64,000 nucleotides of DNA from the human T2T-CHM13v2.0 reference genome, Homo sapiens: the NCBI RefSeq assembly GCF_009914755.1, contig NC_060929.1. One strand, 5' to 3'. A program made the position numbers and the translations under genes. Under the pieces are notes generated by a model. The model did not search any database. It was not told the origin of the DNA and was given only the letters and a program-made list of their open reading frames with translations. This document shows positions 1-16,319 of this stretch, in pieces; the first letter of the stretch is position 1; the number at the start of each line of letters is the position of its first letter.

Positions 1-1500
<1,500 letters not shown>

Positions 1501-1512
1501 TACATACACAAG

Positions 1513-2072
1513 TGTTGGGGCTCAGAAACTGATGCCCCAAAGTATGGTGCTTCGGCATGCTGAGTGCTTTTCACTAAAGGAAAATCAAGGTCTGTCTCCC
1601 CTCCTTCCCTCCCGAAGCGCCAGAGTATGGCTTTCTCTGAAGTTGCTCTAGAAGGAATACAATTGTGAGTCCCTCCCTATAATCTCATTGAACAGGGAAG
1701 ATTAACTCACAGGAAAGGAGCCTAAACACAGGCCTAAAGTATTCTTTCGAAGACTGCTACCTGGAAGACTATCTGCATTACAAGAAAACCTCTGCCAGAC
1801 ATTTTCAACCTTAACCTTCCATAATTTGATGCCACCTCCCCGCCCCTGGAAACCCCAAACTACTATTTCTTTCTGTAGCCCAAAATGCTATTTAAGCTTC
1901 AGCCATCTGGTCCTTCTTTGAGTCTCATAGTTTGTGGGACTCCCATGCATATGCACATAATCAATCTGTACGCCTTTTCTCCTGTTGATCTGTCTACTGT
2001 CCAATTTATTCCAGAGACTAAAATTATCAAACCTTCAGAGGGTGGAAATAAAGTTCCCTTTGCCCCTGAACA
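1513..2072 (+). mobile_element. ERV1 solo LTR (MER39-like)
   Basis: Starts TGTTGGGGCTCAGAAA...CCCCAAAGTATGGTGC, ends ...CCCCTGAACA (TG..CA); family from recalled consensus. Confidence 0.7.
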
Positions 2073-2078
2073 TAATTT

Positions 2079-2152
<74 letters not shown>

Positions 2153-2183
2153 TACATACACACACACACACAGACACACACAC
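2079..2183. repeat. Compound (TA)n/(CA)n microsatellite
   Basis: Directly visible. Confidence 0.95.
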
Positions 2184-2187
2184 ATAT

Positions 2188-2496
2188 TATTTTATTTAAT
2201 TTAACTTTATTTTATTTTTTGAGATAGGGTCTTACTCTGTCACCCAGGCTGGAGAGCAGTGGCACGACCTACAGCCTCAACCTCTCTGGGCTCAGGTGAT
2301 CCTCCCACCTCAGCCTCCCAGATTGCTGGGACTGCAGGGGCAGGCCCCCATCCCTGGCTACTTTTTTATTTCTGTATTTTGTAGAGATGGGGTTTCACCA
2401 TGTTGCCAGGCTGGTCTTGAAATCTCGGGTTCAAGCATCTGCCCACCTCAGTCTCTGAAAGTGCTGGGGTTACAGGCATGAGCCACGGCACCCATC
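2188..2496 (-). mobile_element. AluJ-like
   Basis: T-rich tail followed by a diverged antisense Alu dimer. Confidence 0.85.
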
Positions 2497-2544
2497 TTAT
2501 ATACATGTATATATATATTTTTTATTTTAAAGGATATTCACTGT

Positions 2545-2935
2545 TCAGGGTGATAGCCACTAACTGTATGTAGCTATTTTCATTTACACTCAAATTAATT
2601 TAAATTTAATTTAAAATTCAGCTCCTGGTCTCACTAGCCATAATTCAGGTGCTCAGTATCCACACATGGCCTGTGGCCACTGTATTGGGCAGTACAGACA
2701 TAAAGCCCTTCCAGTATTTCAGAATATTCTATTGAATGCTGATCTCAACTCTTAGTAAAAATCTATAATCTTCCTTATCAAAGAGGGCTCCATAAACCTG
2801 GAGCATCAGCATCACCTGAGCACTGGTTAGAAAGACAGAATTGCAAGCCCCTCCCAAACTTACTAAAACCAAAGTCTACATTTCAACAAGATCCTTGGGT
2901 AATCTGTATGAACATTAAGGTTTAAAAGCACTGCA
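2545..2935. mobile_element. hAT-Charlie MITE remnants (MER3/MER33-like ~2545-2740, MER5A-like ~2790-2935)
   Basis: CACTAGCCATAATTCAGGTGCTCAGTATCCACACATGG and AGCATCAGCATCACCTGAG...TTTCAACAAGATCC...AAGCACTG motifs. Confidence 0.65.
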
Positions 2936-2939
2936 CTAG

Positions 2940-3505
2940 CATCATCCTCATGAGCTTTGAGAAGCTCCTTTAGCAGTCGATCCTCTTTTGCACCTGGCGA
3001 AGACTTTCCAGAGACAAAGAATCTGGCCATCACCCACTGCTTATCAAGCAGTAGCATCCTGGTTTGAATTTGCTCAATTATATGAGTTTGAACAACTTTG
3101 CATGCTTTGTAGGATGGAATTGATAAAAAGGAGGTAAAGAAATTCATACAGATTTACTAATTATTCCTAGAAGATGGCTTCACAATTGCAAGATATTATA
3201 AATAAGCCATTCACAGAGATCGCTGAAAAGAGAAACAGTAAGTGGTTGTTTTGTAGATAATGAGCAATATATGAGTACTTGGCTCAGAACAAAATTTCCA
3301 GCAATATCATCACATACAAATTTGTACTCTCTTGAAAATTTAGATGGACTTGAAGGTGATGGCCTCTTGAAATGTGTTAAAAGACTCAAAAAGTGATGAT
3401 GAAACTACTGATAACAGGCATTTCTGCTACTAAACAGCTTTCTATAAAAGACTTATCTTCTGCAAACTTGCACACTAAAAATAACAGGGCTTATGGGGGA
3501 AAAGT
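2940..3505 (+). mobile_element. Fossil Tc2/pogo-type (Kanga/POGK-like) DNA transposon, transposase C-terminal remnant
   Basis: Manual translation across frameshifts: HTDLLIIPR-MASQLQDIINKPFT (3145-3215) and AQNKISSNIITYKF...NLDGLEGDGLL (3282-3369), matching the pogo/Tc2 motifs IPGGxTSQLQxLDVxINKPF and ISNxLDGSEDD. Confidence 0.6.
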
Positions 3506-3847
3506 GTTGAAGCAGGCCACTCAAAGCCTATACAGTTTTATAATGAGAATTCTTTAAAAGCAGAACCCTGTAAGAAATACTAGCATAATAATAAGCGACA
3601 CAGTAAACTCTTAATAGAAAAATACTACAGTAAGTATAGAATCTTACCTTTAAAAAAAAAGAGCTGAAAGTAGCTTGATGGAAGAATGTGTAGTAAGGAA
3701 TTGGGGCTTCTGGGATGTACAACAAAAACAAAATGCACAAAGATGGTGGAAACAGTATTTTGCACAGCCGACACAGAGCATGTGACCGAAATGAGCAAAC
3801 AGGAAGAAGAGGGTGTGAAAAAATGCAAAGTATGAAAGAGTTAACTA

Positions 3848-4159
3848 TGCCGGGCGCGGTGGCTCACGCCTGTAATCCCAGGCACTTTGGGAGGCTGAGG
3901 CGGGCGGATTGCCTGAGCTCAGGAGTTCGCGACTAGCCTGGGCAACATGGTGAAACCCTCGTCTCTACTAAAATACAAATAATTAGCTGGGCGTGGTAGC
4001 GGGTGCCTGTAATCCCAGCTACTCGGGAGGCTGATGCAGGAGAATCGCTTGAACCCGGGAGGCGGAGGCTGTGGTGAACAAAGATCGTTCCATTGCACTA
4101 CAGCCTGGGCAACAAAAGTGAACTCATTCTCAAAAAGAAAAAAGAAAAAAAGAAAAAAA
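3848..4159 (+). mobile_element. AluS
   Basis: Full dimer with A-tail. Confidence 0.95.
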
Positions 4160-4223
4160 GAGTCACTATAGCATGCTACCCTTCATGTAAAAAAGAAGTG
4201 GGGGTGGGGGTGGGGGTGGGAGG

Positions 4224-4355
4224 AGCCAGGCACGGTGGCTCAGGCCTGTAATCCTAGAGATTTGGGAGCCCAGGCAGGAGGATTTCTTGAGCCCGGGAGT
4301 TCAACGCCAACCTGGGCAATGTAGTAAGACCCAATCTCTCTAAAAAAAAAAAGGA
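4224..4355 (+). mobile_element. FLAM / Alu left monomer
   Basis: Single monomer with A-tail. Confidence 0.8.
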
Positions 4356-4635
4356 AAACAAAAATGAAGAAGGGAGTATAAGAGAACAGATTTCTTATTT
4401 GTGCAAAAAATATACAGAAACATAAACTAAAGAGATTGTTTACCTACAGGGTATGGGTAGCAAAGGGGTGAAAAATGGAGAAATTCGAAAGGAGTTACAG
4501 AGAAGGGAAGGAAGTAGTAATGACTGAACAAATTAAATATACTACAAGTGACTCATGACCATACAGAAGGGGATGGGGAAGAAAATAATTAAGTAACTTT
4601 GAAAAACAGTATTTTGCCTGGATACTGAAAAGCTA

Positions 4636-4987
<352 letters not shown>

Positions 4988-5187
4988 TTAGTAAATTAAT
5001 TTATCATAGGGCTATGGATTAGCAATTCAATAAATACTCTGTGTATATACTAGCATTGAATAAATAAATAAACATTATATATAAGAGCCATGTGTCTCTC
5101 AAACAAATAAGTTACAAGGAGGGAAAGGGAGATGGCTAGAAAGAGCCTTGTGTTAAACTGGAATCAGATATATCAGTATTACGATCA

Positions 5188-5906
5188 TTTTTTTTTACAT
5201 TTTGTATTTATTATTTTTATAAAGATGGGGTCTTGCTATGTGCCCAAGCTGGTCTCGAACTCCTGGCCTCAAGCAATCCTCCCACTGAGGCAGGACTGGT
5301 AGTCAAGGAATTGACCACGTTCTCGGGACAAACAACCATGGTGAGCATACAGTCAACACAGTAAGCCTCAGCATTTGCACTGGGCTCACTCAAGCAAAGC
5401 TGTCTTCAGCAGGGACTTTCCCTTCTAGAGCGCATGCATATTTGGATTTTACCCATCCTCAAACTGACCCTTTGCTCATTATAACAGTAAAAAAACACAC
5501 CCCGGGTGGAGATTTAAGATGCTAATGAGACATGCAACATATGAACAAGCATGTACAGTTACTGCGCACATGCACCCAGAGGACCCCCTAGTACATGCTT
5601 ACTAGCAACACCTCTTTCCAACTCCCATAAAGGAGTCTCCCTAGCGCCAGTGCCTGCTGTCTCATCCTTATGAGCAGCCCGCCCTGAATCCTCTCTCTCG
5701 GTGTACTGCCTATTCTGTACCTAACTTTCAAAATATTCTTTTTCTTTTGCAATAAATGACTCTATGCTGCACTTCTTTTGCTGTGTGTCTCTTGCTTAAA
5801 TTCTTTTAAACGAAGAAGACAAGAACCAAGTTATCACATCAGCTATCAACACCACTTCGGCCTCCTAAAGTGCTGGGATTATAGGCATGAATCATTGTGC
5901 CCAGTC
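5188..5906 (-). mobile_element. FLAM/Alu monomer split by an LTR
   Basis: ...CAATCCTCCCAC stops at 5285 and resumes CCACTTCGGCCTCCTAAAGTGCTGGG at 5852. Confidence 0.85.
5286..5851 (+). mobile_element. ERV1 solo LTR (MER66-like)
   Basis: TGAGGCAGG...TATCAACA termini, AATAAA at ~5751, 4-bp TSD CCAC (5282-5285 / 5852-5855). Confidence 0.85.
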
Positions 5907-7287
5907 CAAAATAATTGTTTTTAATATATCAAATATACACATACACACACCTTTACATTTAGATGTGTGTATATGTATGAGTTAGTATACATACATAAAT
6001 GTCCTAGCTCTGTCTGCTAAGAGTGCCTAAAGGCAATGGTACTCCAATGGCTATAAGCATACCTAGATCCTAGGTCATGAGCTCCAAACACCATTCTCCT
6101 GTGAAAGGAACCAAGTCTCCTTTGCAAAATGCAAAATGAGCCTGGAATAGGTTATTGCACTAGAAAATAAGGAGGTGCTTGAAAGGATGGAAGCATGTTG
6201 AGAAGACACAGGAACTAATGTGAAGGAGAGCTCTCAATGGACAAAGCTGGAACAACTGGCGCAACCAAATTAAAATAGTATTGGATTTTAGCTCAGAATA
6301 AAATAAATTTCCATGAGTCCACACTGATACAAATAAGTGATTGAATAAATAAATAAATGGGAGAAACAGGGTATTTATTCCTTACAAATAATTCTAATTT
6401 TAAAACATAGAAGGAATAATAGAAATACAAAATTACTAGGCAGACACCACCATAATTGTTGCAGGCATGATTCATCTGATGGATGCTAAAATCGGTCATG
6501 AATATTGGAGGAGAAACAGGATATTTCACAGTATCAAAGTATCTCTCTGAGATATTTATCATTTACAGAAGACATTTCGTGCAGAACGTTATTGAGAAAC
6601 CACAGTAACCAAATTATCAAGGTTAACATCACCAGTAATGAGTCTCATTGATGTCATTATGTGCTGACATGACACAACATCACTTCTGGGGTAATCTCAC
6701 CAAAAATGCATAATCTCAATCTAATCATGAGAAATCATCAGAGGAATCCAAATTGAGACATTCTGCAAAGTAATCATTAGGTCATGAAAGACAAGGAAAG
6801 ACTGAGGAACTCTCACCGATTGGAGGAGACTAAGGAGATGCATGATTTAGCAACATGGGATCCTGGATTGGATCCTGAAACAGATAAGGGGCTTTAAGGG
6901 AGGAAACTGGTGATATGTAAAGTCTGGTTAATAGTATGGTACCAATGTTATTTTCTGGTTTTGATAATTGTGTAAGTTAAAATTGGAAGAAGCTGGGAGA
7001 AAGGCATATGTGAACTCTTTGTGCTATTTTTGCAATAATTCGGAAAATTATTTCAAAAGGAAAAAGGAGGGCATGGAGAGAAAGTGCACTGGTTTCAATA
7101 CTGTACTCCTTTGTATTTGGGGTATTCAGCTGTGCTCATGTGCTTGCATCCTGCTGCTCTTTCTTGACAGCACAAAATATTACATGCTGGGCAATTTTGC
7201 AGATGAACCAATATAGTTTCCACAGCATACTGACCTAATTTCTCTACTTTCAATCTCATAGGAGCTAATCCACCTTAAATAACTGTA

Positions 7288-7535
7288 GATCACAAGGTCA
7301 GGAGATCGAGACCATCCTGGCTAACATGGTGAAACCCCGTCTCTACTAAAAATACAAAAAAGTTAGCTGGGCGTGGTGGCGGGTGCCTGTAGTCCCAGGT
7401 ACTCAGGAGGCTGAGGCGGGAGAATGGCATGAACCCGGGAGGCAGAGGTTGCAGTGAGCCGAGATCGCACCACTGCACTCCAGGCTGGGCGACAGAGCAA
7501 GACTCCGTCTCAAAAATAAATAAATAAATAAATAA
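7288..7535 (+). mobile_element. 5'-truncated AluY
   Basis: GGAGATCGAGACCATCCTGGCTAAC and GAATGGCATGAACCCGGG diagnostics; (AAAT)n tail. Confidence 0.9.
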
Positions 7536-7993
7536 AAGAATATATAAATAGCTCCTACAACTCAACAACAAAAAAGAAACAATTCAAAAATGGGCAAATG
7601 TCTTGAATAGACGTCTCTATATAACTGGCCAATAAATACATGAAAATATGCTCAGCCTCATAAATCATTAGGGAAATGCAAGTCAAAACTACAATGAGAT
7701 ATAACTTCAAACACATTAGGATGGCTATTATCAAAAAAGCAGAAAATGAGGAGTGTTGGCAAGAATATGAAGAAACTGGAACTTTCATGAATTACTGATG
7801 GGAATGTAAAATGGTACAGCTTCTGTGCAAAAAAGTCTGGCAGCTTCTCAAAAAGTTAAACATGGAATTACCATATGGTCCAGCAATTCTACTCTTACAT
7901 ATATACCCGAAAGAATTGAAGCATTATTCACAATATTCAGAATGTGGAAACAAACCAAGTGTCCATCACAGATGAATGAATGAATAAAATGTG

Positions 7994-8034
<41 letters not shown>

Positions 8035-8183
8035 GATATTATTCAGCCACAAGAAGGAATTAAATTCTGATAGGCTACAACATGGATGAACTGTAAAAGC
8101 ATATGCTAAGTGAAATAAGCCAAACACAAAAGGACAAATATTGTATGAAGTACCTATAATATGAGGTACCTATAATAGGTATA

Positions 8184-8544
8184 TGATATGGTTTGGCTGT
8201 GTCCCCACCCAAATCTGATCTTGAATTGTAGCTCCCATAATTCCCACGTATCATGGGAGGGACCCAATGGGACGTAATGGAATCATGGGGGTGGGTTTTT
8301 ACTGCTGTTCTCATGATAATGAGTAAGTCTTATGAAATCTGATGGTTTTATAAATGGGAGTTCCCAAGCACACTCTCTCTCACCTGCTGCCGTGTCTTTG
8401 CAGACATATCTTTGCTCCTCCTTTGCCTTCCGCATGATTGTGAGGCCTCCCCAGCCATGTGGAACTGCAAGCCGATTAAACCTCTTTCCTTTATAAATTA
8501 CCCAGTCTCGGGTATGTCTTTATTAGCAGCATGAAAACACTAAT
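8184..8544 (+). mobile_element. THE1 (ERVL-MaLR) solo LTR
   Basis: Starts TGATATGGTTTGGCTGTGTCCCCACCCAAATCT; ends ...GCAGCATGAAAACACTAAT (terminal ACA missing). Confidence 0.9.
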
Positions 8545-8595
8545 GAGGTACCTATAGTAGGCAAATTGATAGAGTCAGAAAGTAGATAAAGCCTA

Positions 8596-9051
<456 letters not shown>

Positions 9052-9705
9052 TTAAAAATGGCTAAAATGGTACATGCTGTGTTTATATAGAGTATAAATA
9101 TGTGTGTGTTTTTATATAGTAACACTATAATTTGATTTAAAGCACATATGTATAATCATAGTAATAGTAATTATAAGTTGGTATTTGTCTGTTTTGTCCA
9201 CATCCCCCAAAGTCTATACATTCTCGTGTCCAAAAAACATTTTAGGGAACCTATTATGGGGAAAATGAGGGATCTCCCAGATAGTGTCTGTCTTATCTAT
9301 GAGCGTGCAGGGGTTTGTGGATGATGACAAATAAGAAAGGGGAAGAGGGTGCTGGCCTCTCCATAACTGAAAGAAGATCATCCTTTTTGCCCTGCCTAGG
9401 AAAAAGGACACTGCCATGGGAGACTTTGAGAATGCTCCAGAAAAGAGGGAAAGCATACATTCCCAAGCTCAAACAGAAGGAGGGGAGATCACCACAAAGC
9501 CTGCGGCAGTAACTTTATGCTGATAAACGTGACAAATCAGACGAAAGGAGTTTCTTGAAAAACACAATTTACCAAACTGATGCAAAAAAAAAATTGAAAA
9601 TCTGAATATATTAATTTTAAAAGTTGAATTGAGAATTGAAAGCCATCCCTCAAAGAAAACTGAAGACCCAGATGGTTTCCCTTGGGAATTCTCCCAAACA
9701 TTTAA

Positions 9706-9894
<189 letters not shown>

Positions 9895-9921
9895 ACAGAC
9901 TCCTTTAGAAAATAGTTTCTG

Positions 9922-10070
9922 GGCCAGGCCCAGTGGCTCACACCTGTAATCCCAGCAGTTTGGGAAGCTGAAGTGGGAGGATTGCTTGAGCCCAGGAGGT
10001 CAAGGCTGCAGTGAGCCATGATCACGCTACTGCACTCCAGCCTGGGCAACAGAGTGAGACCCTGTCTGAA
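9922..10070 (+). mobile_element. Alu monomer (FRAM-like or recombined AluJ)
   Basis: Single monomer GGCCAGGCCCAGTGG...GACCCTGTCTG. Confidence 0.8.
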
Positions 10071-10073
10071 AAC

Positions 10074-10432
<359 letters not shown>

Positions 10433-10917
10433 TAGAGTGTTGAAAGGAGCAATACATGAAAAGGAAGGATAATACATTGTGACTAAGTGGGGTTTACTTT
10501 AGGGATGCAAAGTTGCTTTAACACTTGAAAATCAATTGTTGCTATTTGTCACACTAACAGAATAAAGGAGAAAAATCATATGATCATCTCAATAAATGCA
10601 ACAAAATGCCTGTGACAAAATTCAATAATAGCCATCATGATTCAAAAATGAAAATCTCTTAGTAAACTAAGACCAGAAGGGAACTTCTTGATAAAAGTCA
10701 TCTAGGAAAAAACCTAAAGATAATAGCATACTTAATGGTGAAATATTGACTACCTTTCCCTTATGGCTGTGAACAAAGCAAGAATGTTCACTTTCCCCAC
10801 CGTTATTCAATATTATACTGGAGGTCTTACCAGTGTAAAAAGGTAAGAAAAATAAAGTCATACATATTGGAAAGGAGTAAATAAAACCATTACCATTTTT
10901 TTCTTTTCTTTTTTTAA

Positions 10918-11260
<343 letters not shown>

Positions 11261-11394
11261 GGCATTACCATTTTTAAAAGCATTAAAATTTACGAAATAC
11301 TTAGGAAAAACTTCAACAAAAGACATGTAAAACCTCTACAATGAAAACTATATAACACATACTGCCAAGACTTAAGCTAGCAATTTAATGACTG

Positions 11395-11530
11395 CTATTT
11401 ATTAAAATACTTTAATAATTTTAATTATTAAATATTTAATTAAATTATTTTAAATAATTATTGTTATACTTATTGTTAATTACTAAATTTATTAATTAAA
11501 ATTATTAAATTTTAATTAATACATAACTTT
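11395..11530. repeat. AT-rich low-complexity tract
   Basis: Almost only A/T. Confidence 0.85.
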
Positions 11531-12529
11531 AAGGAGGTTCTTGGAGGTAATGTTTTCATGAAGGCTTCCTCAAACTGGAGAAAAGCCTTGCATAGGTCCT
11601 GGAAAGACTCTCTTTACTACTATCAGCACTATTAACAGTTGCTAAAGCATTTTTATAACAGAAATAATTGAATACTCAATTATTATTAATAGTTGAATAT
11701 TCTAAAATGATTCAATTACTTTGAATAATTCAATTCTCTTTTTTCTCATTCTACCTAGATAATACTGATGTCCCCTTACCATAGCCCCTTATATATGACA
11801 TTCCAGAAAAGGCAGGGCAGCACTATTGAAAATCCAAGCACTTTTTCTGGCTGATTTTCCATTGAAGTTAGATGGGCATACACTGCCTACATTCACAGAA
11901 AAGAGAAGGACAGTGTTTATCATCCTCACTCTGAAGGCCACTTCAGGAGCAACCCATTCAAATCTCCTGGGTATGGAGGGTCACTCTTGCTCTTGCTGGC
12001 CAATGACCAATATATGCAGGGTGTTCACCTGCTACTGTGATGAAGAGGTACAGGTAAAAAACAGACCCCCGTTATCTTCCTCTTTTCTCCTTCTTTATCC
12101 CCTTCAGAGGTCCCTATTTTTCCATTTTTGTGAGCTTCATTCTAACTAGTTTGCAGATAAAACCATTTTGCCCAGTAAACAAACAAACAAACAAACAAAA
12201 CCTTCTACTTGTATGTTTCGTGTACTATCAAGCAGTATTTGGGCTTACACCTGTCTTTGTCAACTTGAATTAATTTAAGATCAACATTTTTTAATATTTA
12301 GTTTGGGTTTTTCTAGCTAAGATTAGTAAAGAAAGCATAAATAAAAATTCACTGTGGGGATTTTTAAACCCTTGGTTAATTTTACAGGCATTGGCAGAAG
12401 CAATGTTTCTCTTCCTGTTCATCGATTCCAAGTTACAAATAGGGACAGAGAAACAGTTTAATGTCTTTCCCATTTAACTGAAACTTAAAAAGTAGCATAT
12501 TTGCCTCCAGAAAAAACTAATGGACTCTA

Positions 12530-13128
12530 TGATAGGCAAAAAATGTCTTTTCCCCAAAGAGGGCCTCATCCAAATCTCCAAAACCTGTGAATAGGTTATG
12601 TTATAGGGCAAGGGAGAATTAAGTTTGCAGATGCAACTAAGAAATCCACTGACGACCAGGTGCAGTGGCTTATGCCTATAATCCCAGCACTCTGGGAGGC
12701 CAAGGAGGGAGGATTGCTTGAGCTCAGGAGTTTGAGACCAACCTGGCAACACAGCAAGACCCCCATCTCTGTTAAAAGAAAAAAAATCCACTGACTTTGA
12801 GATGGGGAGAGTAGCCTGGATCATCCAGGTGGGCCCAGAGGTAGCGTCAGAGGGGGTGCATCATGGAAAAGACTCAGCAGTCATCACTGGCTCTGAAGAC
12901 AGTAGGGGACTGCCCGCCAAAGAATTCAGGCAGCCTCTAGATGGTAGAAAGGGGAAAGACATGGATCCTCCTCTACGGCCTTTAGAAGGAACAGAGCCCT
13001 GCTGACACCTTGATTTTAGAGACCCATTATGAACATATGACCCTAGAATTGTAAAGTAATAAACTTGTATTGCATTAAACCACCAAGTTAGTGATAATTT
13101 TTTACAGCAGCAATAGGAAACTAATACA
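12530..13128 (+). mobile_element. MLT1 (MaLR) LTR containing a FLAM at 12654-12783
   Basis: Ends ...TACAGCAGCAATAGGAAACTAATACA; FLAM flanked by TSD AAATCCACTGAC. Confidence 0.85.
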
Positions 13129-14208
13129 GAATCTTTGTTCCTTAACAGGTGCATGCCACCACACCTGGCTAATATATTTTAAGTTCTAATCTTTAATTGT
13201 GGGAATATCTTCTTTTAATTAGGGAATTTCAAGTTTAAAAGAGTAAAGCACTGTCCTGCTTTCTGTTTCTATGGATTTGCCTGTCTGGACATCCCATAAG
13301 TGGAATCATACCAGAAAAAAAAAAAGTATTCTTTTTTCTTTGCTAAATAACGTAATTAAATAGTTTGGACACCAGGTGGCCCTAGACTACCAGATTTATC
13401 AAAGGAGCGCTTTTCAGTTTTATGATCTTAACATATTACTATAAAGGCAATGATGCAATTTTCTTTTAATAAGAAGAATGTTAAAAAACATCCCATTACA
13501 TATGCATCTAAGTTTTTTGACTATTGTTGGTCAGTCACTTAAATTAGTCTTGACAAATCTTTAAGTTGGTTTCTGACAATTGTTGTGTGTGTGTGTGTGT
13601 GTTTTTAATCTAGAAAGATGAACTAAAACTGAATAGGTGTCACTAGAATATGACACAAGGGTAAGAACTTTTTTGGTTCCCAGTGCCTTGAATGCTGACA
13701 GCATCCCATAGCCTGCACCCGATAAATAACAGTTGAATGAAAGAATAGCTCATGTCCAGTTTGCACATATAAATTTGTTTCTGAATAATCTGGAACTTGA
13801 AGAACATCCTTTTGTCCAAGAATTTTTAATTTAGCACTATTCATAGAGCACTCATTTCTTTAAATGTGCTTGCAATGCATTCTCTTTTATGCTAGAAATG
13901 AACAGCCATTCCTCATTACATGATTACGTGCAGTCCGCCCTGCCCCCGACCCAGGTGTTTCCAGTTCTAACCCAACACCCCTAGGCTTCCTACTCTCCTC
14001 CCAGTGTCTGTGAGTGATCTTGGGGGAGAGTGTGGTCAGGTCCACAGTGGACCAGAAGTCACCCACCTCCCTGGATGCAGGGGCTTGCACAGTACCTACC
14101 TGTGCCCTGGGATACTTTGTGCCCCTCTGCATTAAGCCCTCTCCTGTTGCCTGTCACGCCCTCCAAGCCAAAGTGAAAAAGTGTCCGCTTCAGAGACTTC
14201 TTCCCAGT

Positions 14209-14767
14209 TGCAGGGATGGAAAAATAATTTTCTCTCTACCCTTAATAGGTCTTAATTGGGACTACCTCTAACAAAAGAGAGATTAACATGAGAAAAACAA
14301 ACAGTTTATTACCGTATATGCCTCATGTATATTTGGGAGGAAACTCTGAGAAATGTGTCAATATTTAGAGTGGATCTCAAAAGAAGCATTTAAACTTCAA
14401 GCTTAAATATCATCATTCCGGGAAAAAAAGAAAGAAGGGTTTGGGGAAAGGTCTGGAAAACACCATAAAACGAAGGTAAGGTTTTTTGTGCAGATTTAAA
14501 TGTAAGCCTTCTCCATTGGTTATGAGTCTCTACTGATTTACTCTTCCTTTTTCCCTGGTGCAGAGAGAGACACTGTTACAAATGGAAACTGCCTTTAAAG
14601 ATGTAAATTTTTTTTTTAAAGGGTAACTTTTCAGAAATACTCCTGTGTCTGCACTTTCTCAAAATAACCAGCTCAAAATAAGCAACATGCCAAGGAGGCA
14701 TATTTTGGGGTGGCATATTCTGGTCTCTTACAGTCATATTTGGTGTGGTACGTTCTGAGCCCCAACG
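14209..14767 (-). mobile_element. ERV1 LTR (MER34/MER39-group)
   Basis: TTTTGGGGTGGCATATTCTGGTCTC and TTCTGAGCCCCAAC are reverse complements of MER34/MER39-type LTR starts. Confidence 0.7.
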
Positions 14768-14959
14768 CAATGTACTCTGTCTCCAGATATCTTGTAAATT
14801 CTGATTCCTTCATAGGAATCAGTTCTCGCTGTGTTCAAATTGTTTTATATTTAGTTGTGTACAGTGTGTACAGTGGCACCAGATTATAATTTCTGTAGAT
14901 AAAGGGTAATACTTTATCCTTTTTTATATTCCCAGTACCAAGCCAATATTGGGAATAAA

Positions 14960-15063
14960 TAGGAGGAAAAGAGAGGAGAGGAGAAAGGAAAAAGGAAAAA
15001 GGAAAGGAGGAAGGAAAGGAAAGGAAAGGAAAGGAAGGGAAAGGGAAAGGGGAGGGAGAGAAG
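14960..15063 (+). repeat. GA-rich low-complexity tract
   Basis: (GGAAA)n-like purine run. Confidence 0.9.
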
Positions 15064-15142
15064 GCTGTCGTATCATCAGACTCAGACTGCAGATGGGTAA
15101 AATAACTGCTGCTGATTTCTTAACATTTAAATATGGGTGTGT

Positions 15143-15430
15143 GGCCAGGTGTGATGGCTCACACCTGAAATCCCAGCACTTTGGGAGGCTGAGGCAGGCA
15201 GACCACCTGAAGTCAGGAGTTCAAGGCCAGCCTGGCCAATGTGGAGAAGCCCCGTCTCTACTAAAAATACAAAAATTAGCCAGGCACGGTGCCTGTAATC
15301 CCAGCTTCTCAGGAGGCTGAGGCACAAGAATTGCTTGAACCCAGGAGGTGGAGGTTGCAGTGAGCCAAGATCGCGCCACTGCACTCCAGCCTGGGCACCA
15401 GAGCGAGACTCCATCTCAAAGAAATAAAAA
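15143..15430 (+). mobile_element. AluS
   Basis: Full dimer. Confidence 0.95.
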
Positions 15431-16001
15431 ATATATATATGTGTATGTGCATATATGTTTAATCCAGGAAAAGCATAAACAGAATTACATTTATCATTTC
15501 GATATAATTTCCATTTGCAAACTCTTGGATGGTAAATATAATGAGACCTAAAATTAATGCTGCCTTTCCTCTTTAAAAAAGATAAGGAAGGAATTTGAAT
15601 GCAAATTGTAATATTTTTCTTCAAAGGGGAATGATTTGCCACTCTTTAATTTGATAAAGTTCTTTATGCTTCAAATACATATCCAGGCTTTAAATATTAA
15701 TAAACCTCAGAAAGCAGAAATAAAATCCTTAACCCTTCATGAATTAATTACCACAATTTAAAAACTCCAGTTTTACAAAGCATATCACAAAGTGCAAAAT
15801 GGCTTTGCCAAATCATGTCTTCTTTGTGGTAATAACTCATATGATTAAATAAAATTTTACATGTGTTAAACTGAACATTAATGCTATAATTCAAAATTCT
15901 GATTTTGTGATATTGTATAATTTCAACTATAAAGTTTTGCATCATATAAAATAACTGTAATTATTATTTTTAATCAACTTTTATTTTTTATCAAAGTGCT
16001 A

Positions 16002-16319
<318 letters not shown>

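Noticed and set aside
2863-3389. Minus-strand ORFs (94 and 69 aa) as a possible processed pseudogene
   Set aside because: No recognisable protein; the opposite strand carries pogo/Tc2 motifs
3568-3647. 80-nt GT-AG intron-like segment on the minus strand (AAG|GTAAGA...TTCTTACAG|G)
   Set aside because: No credible open exons on either side; adjacent DNA is better explained as a plus-strand transposase fossil; such motif pairs arise by chance
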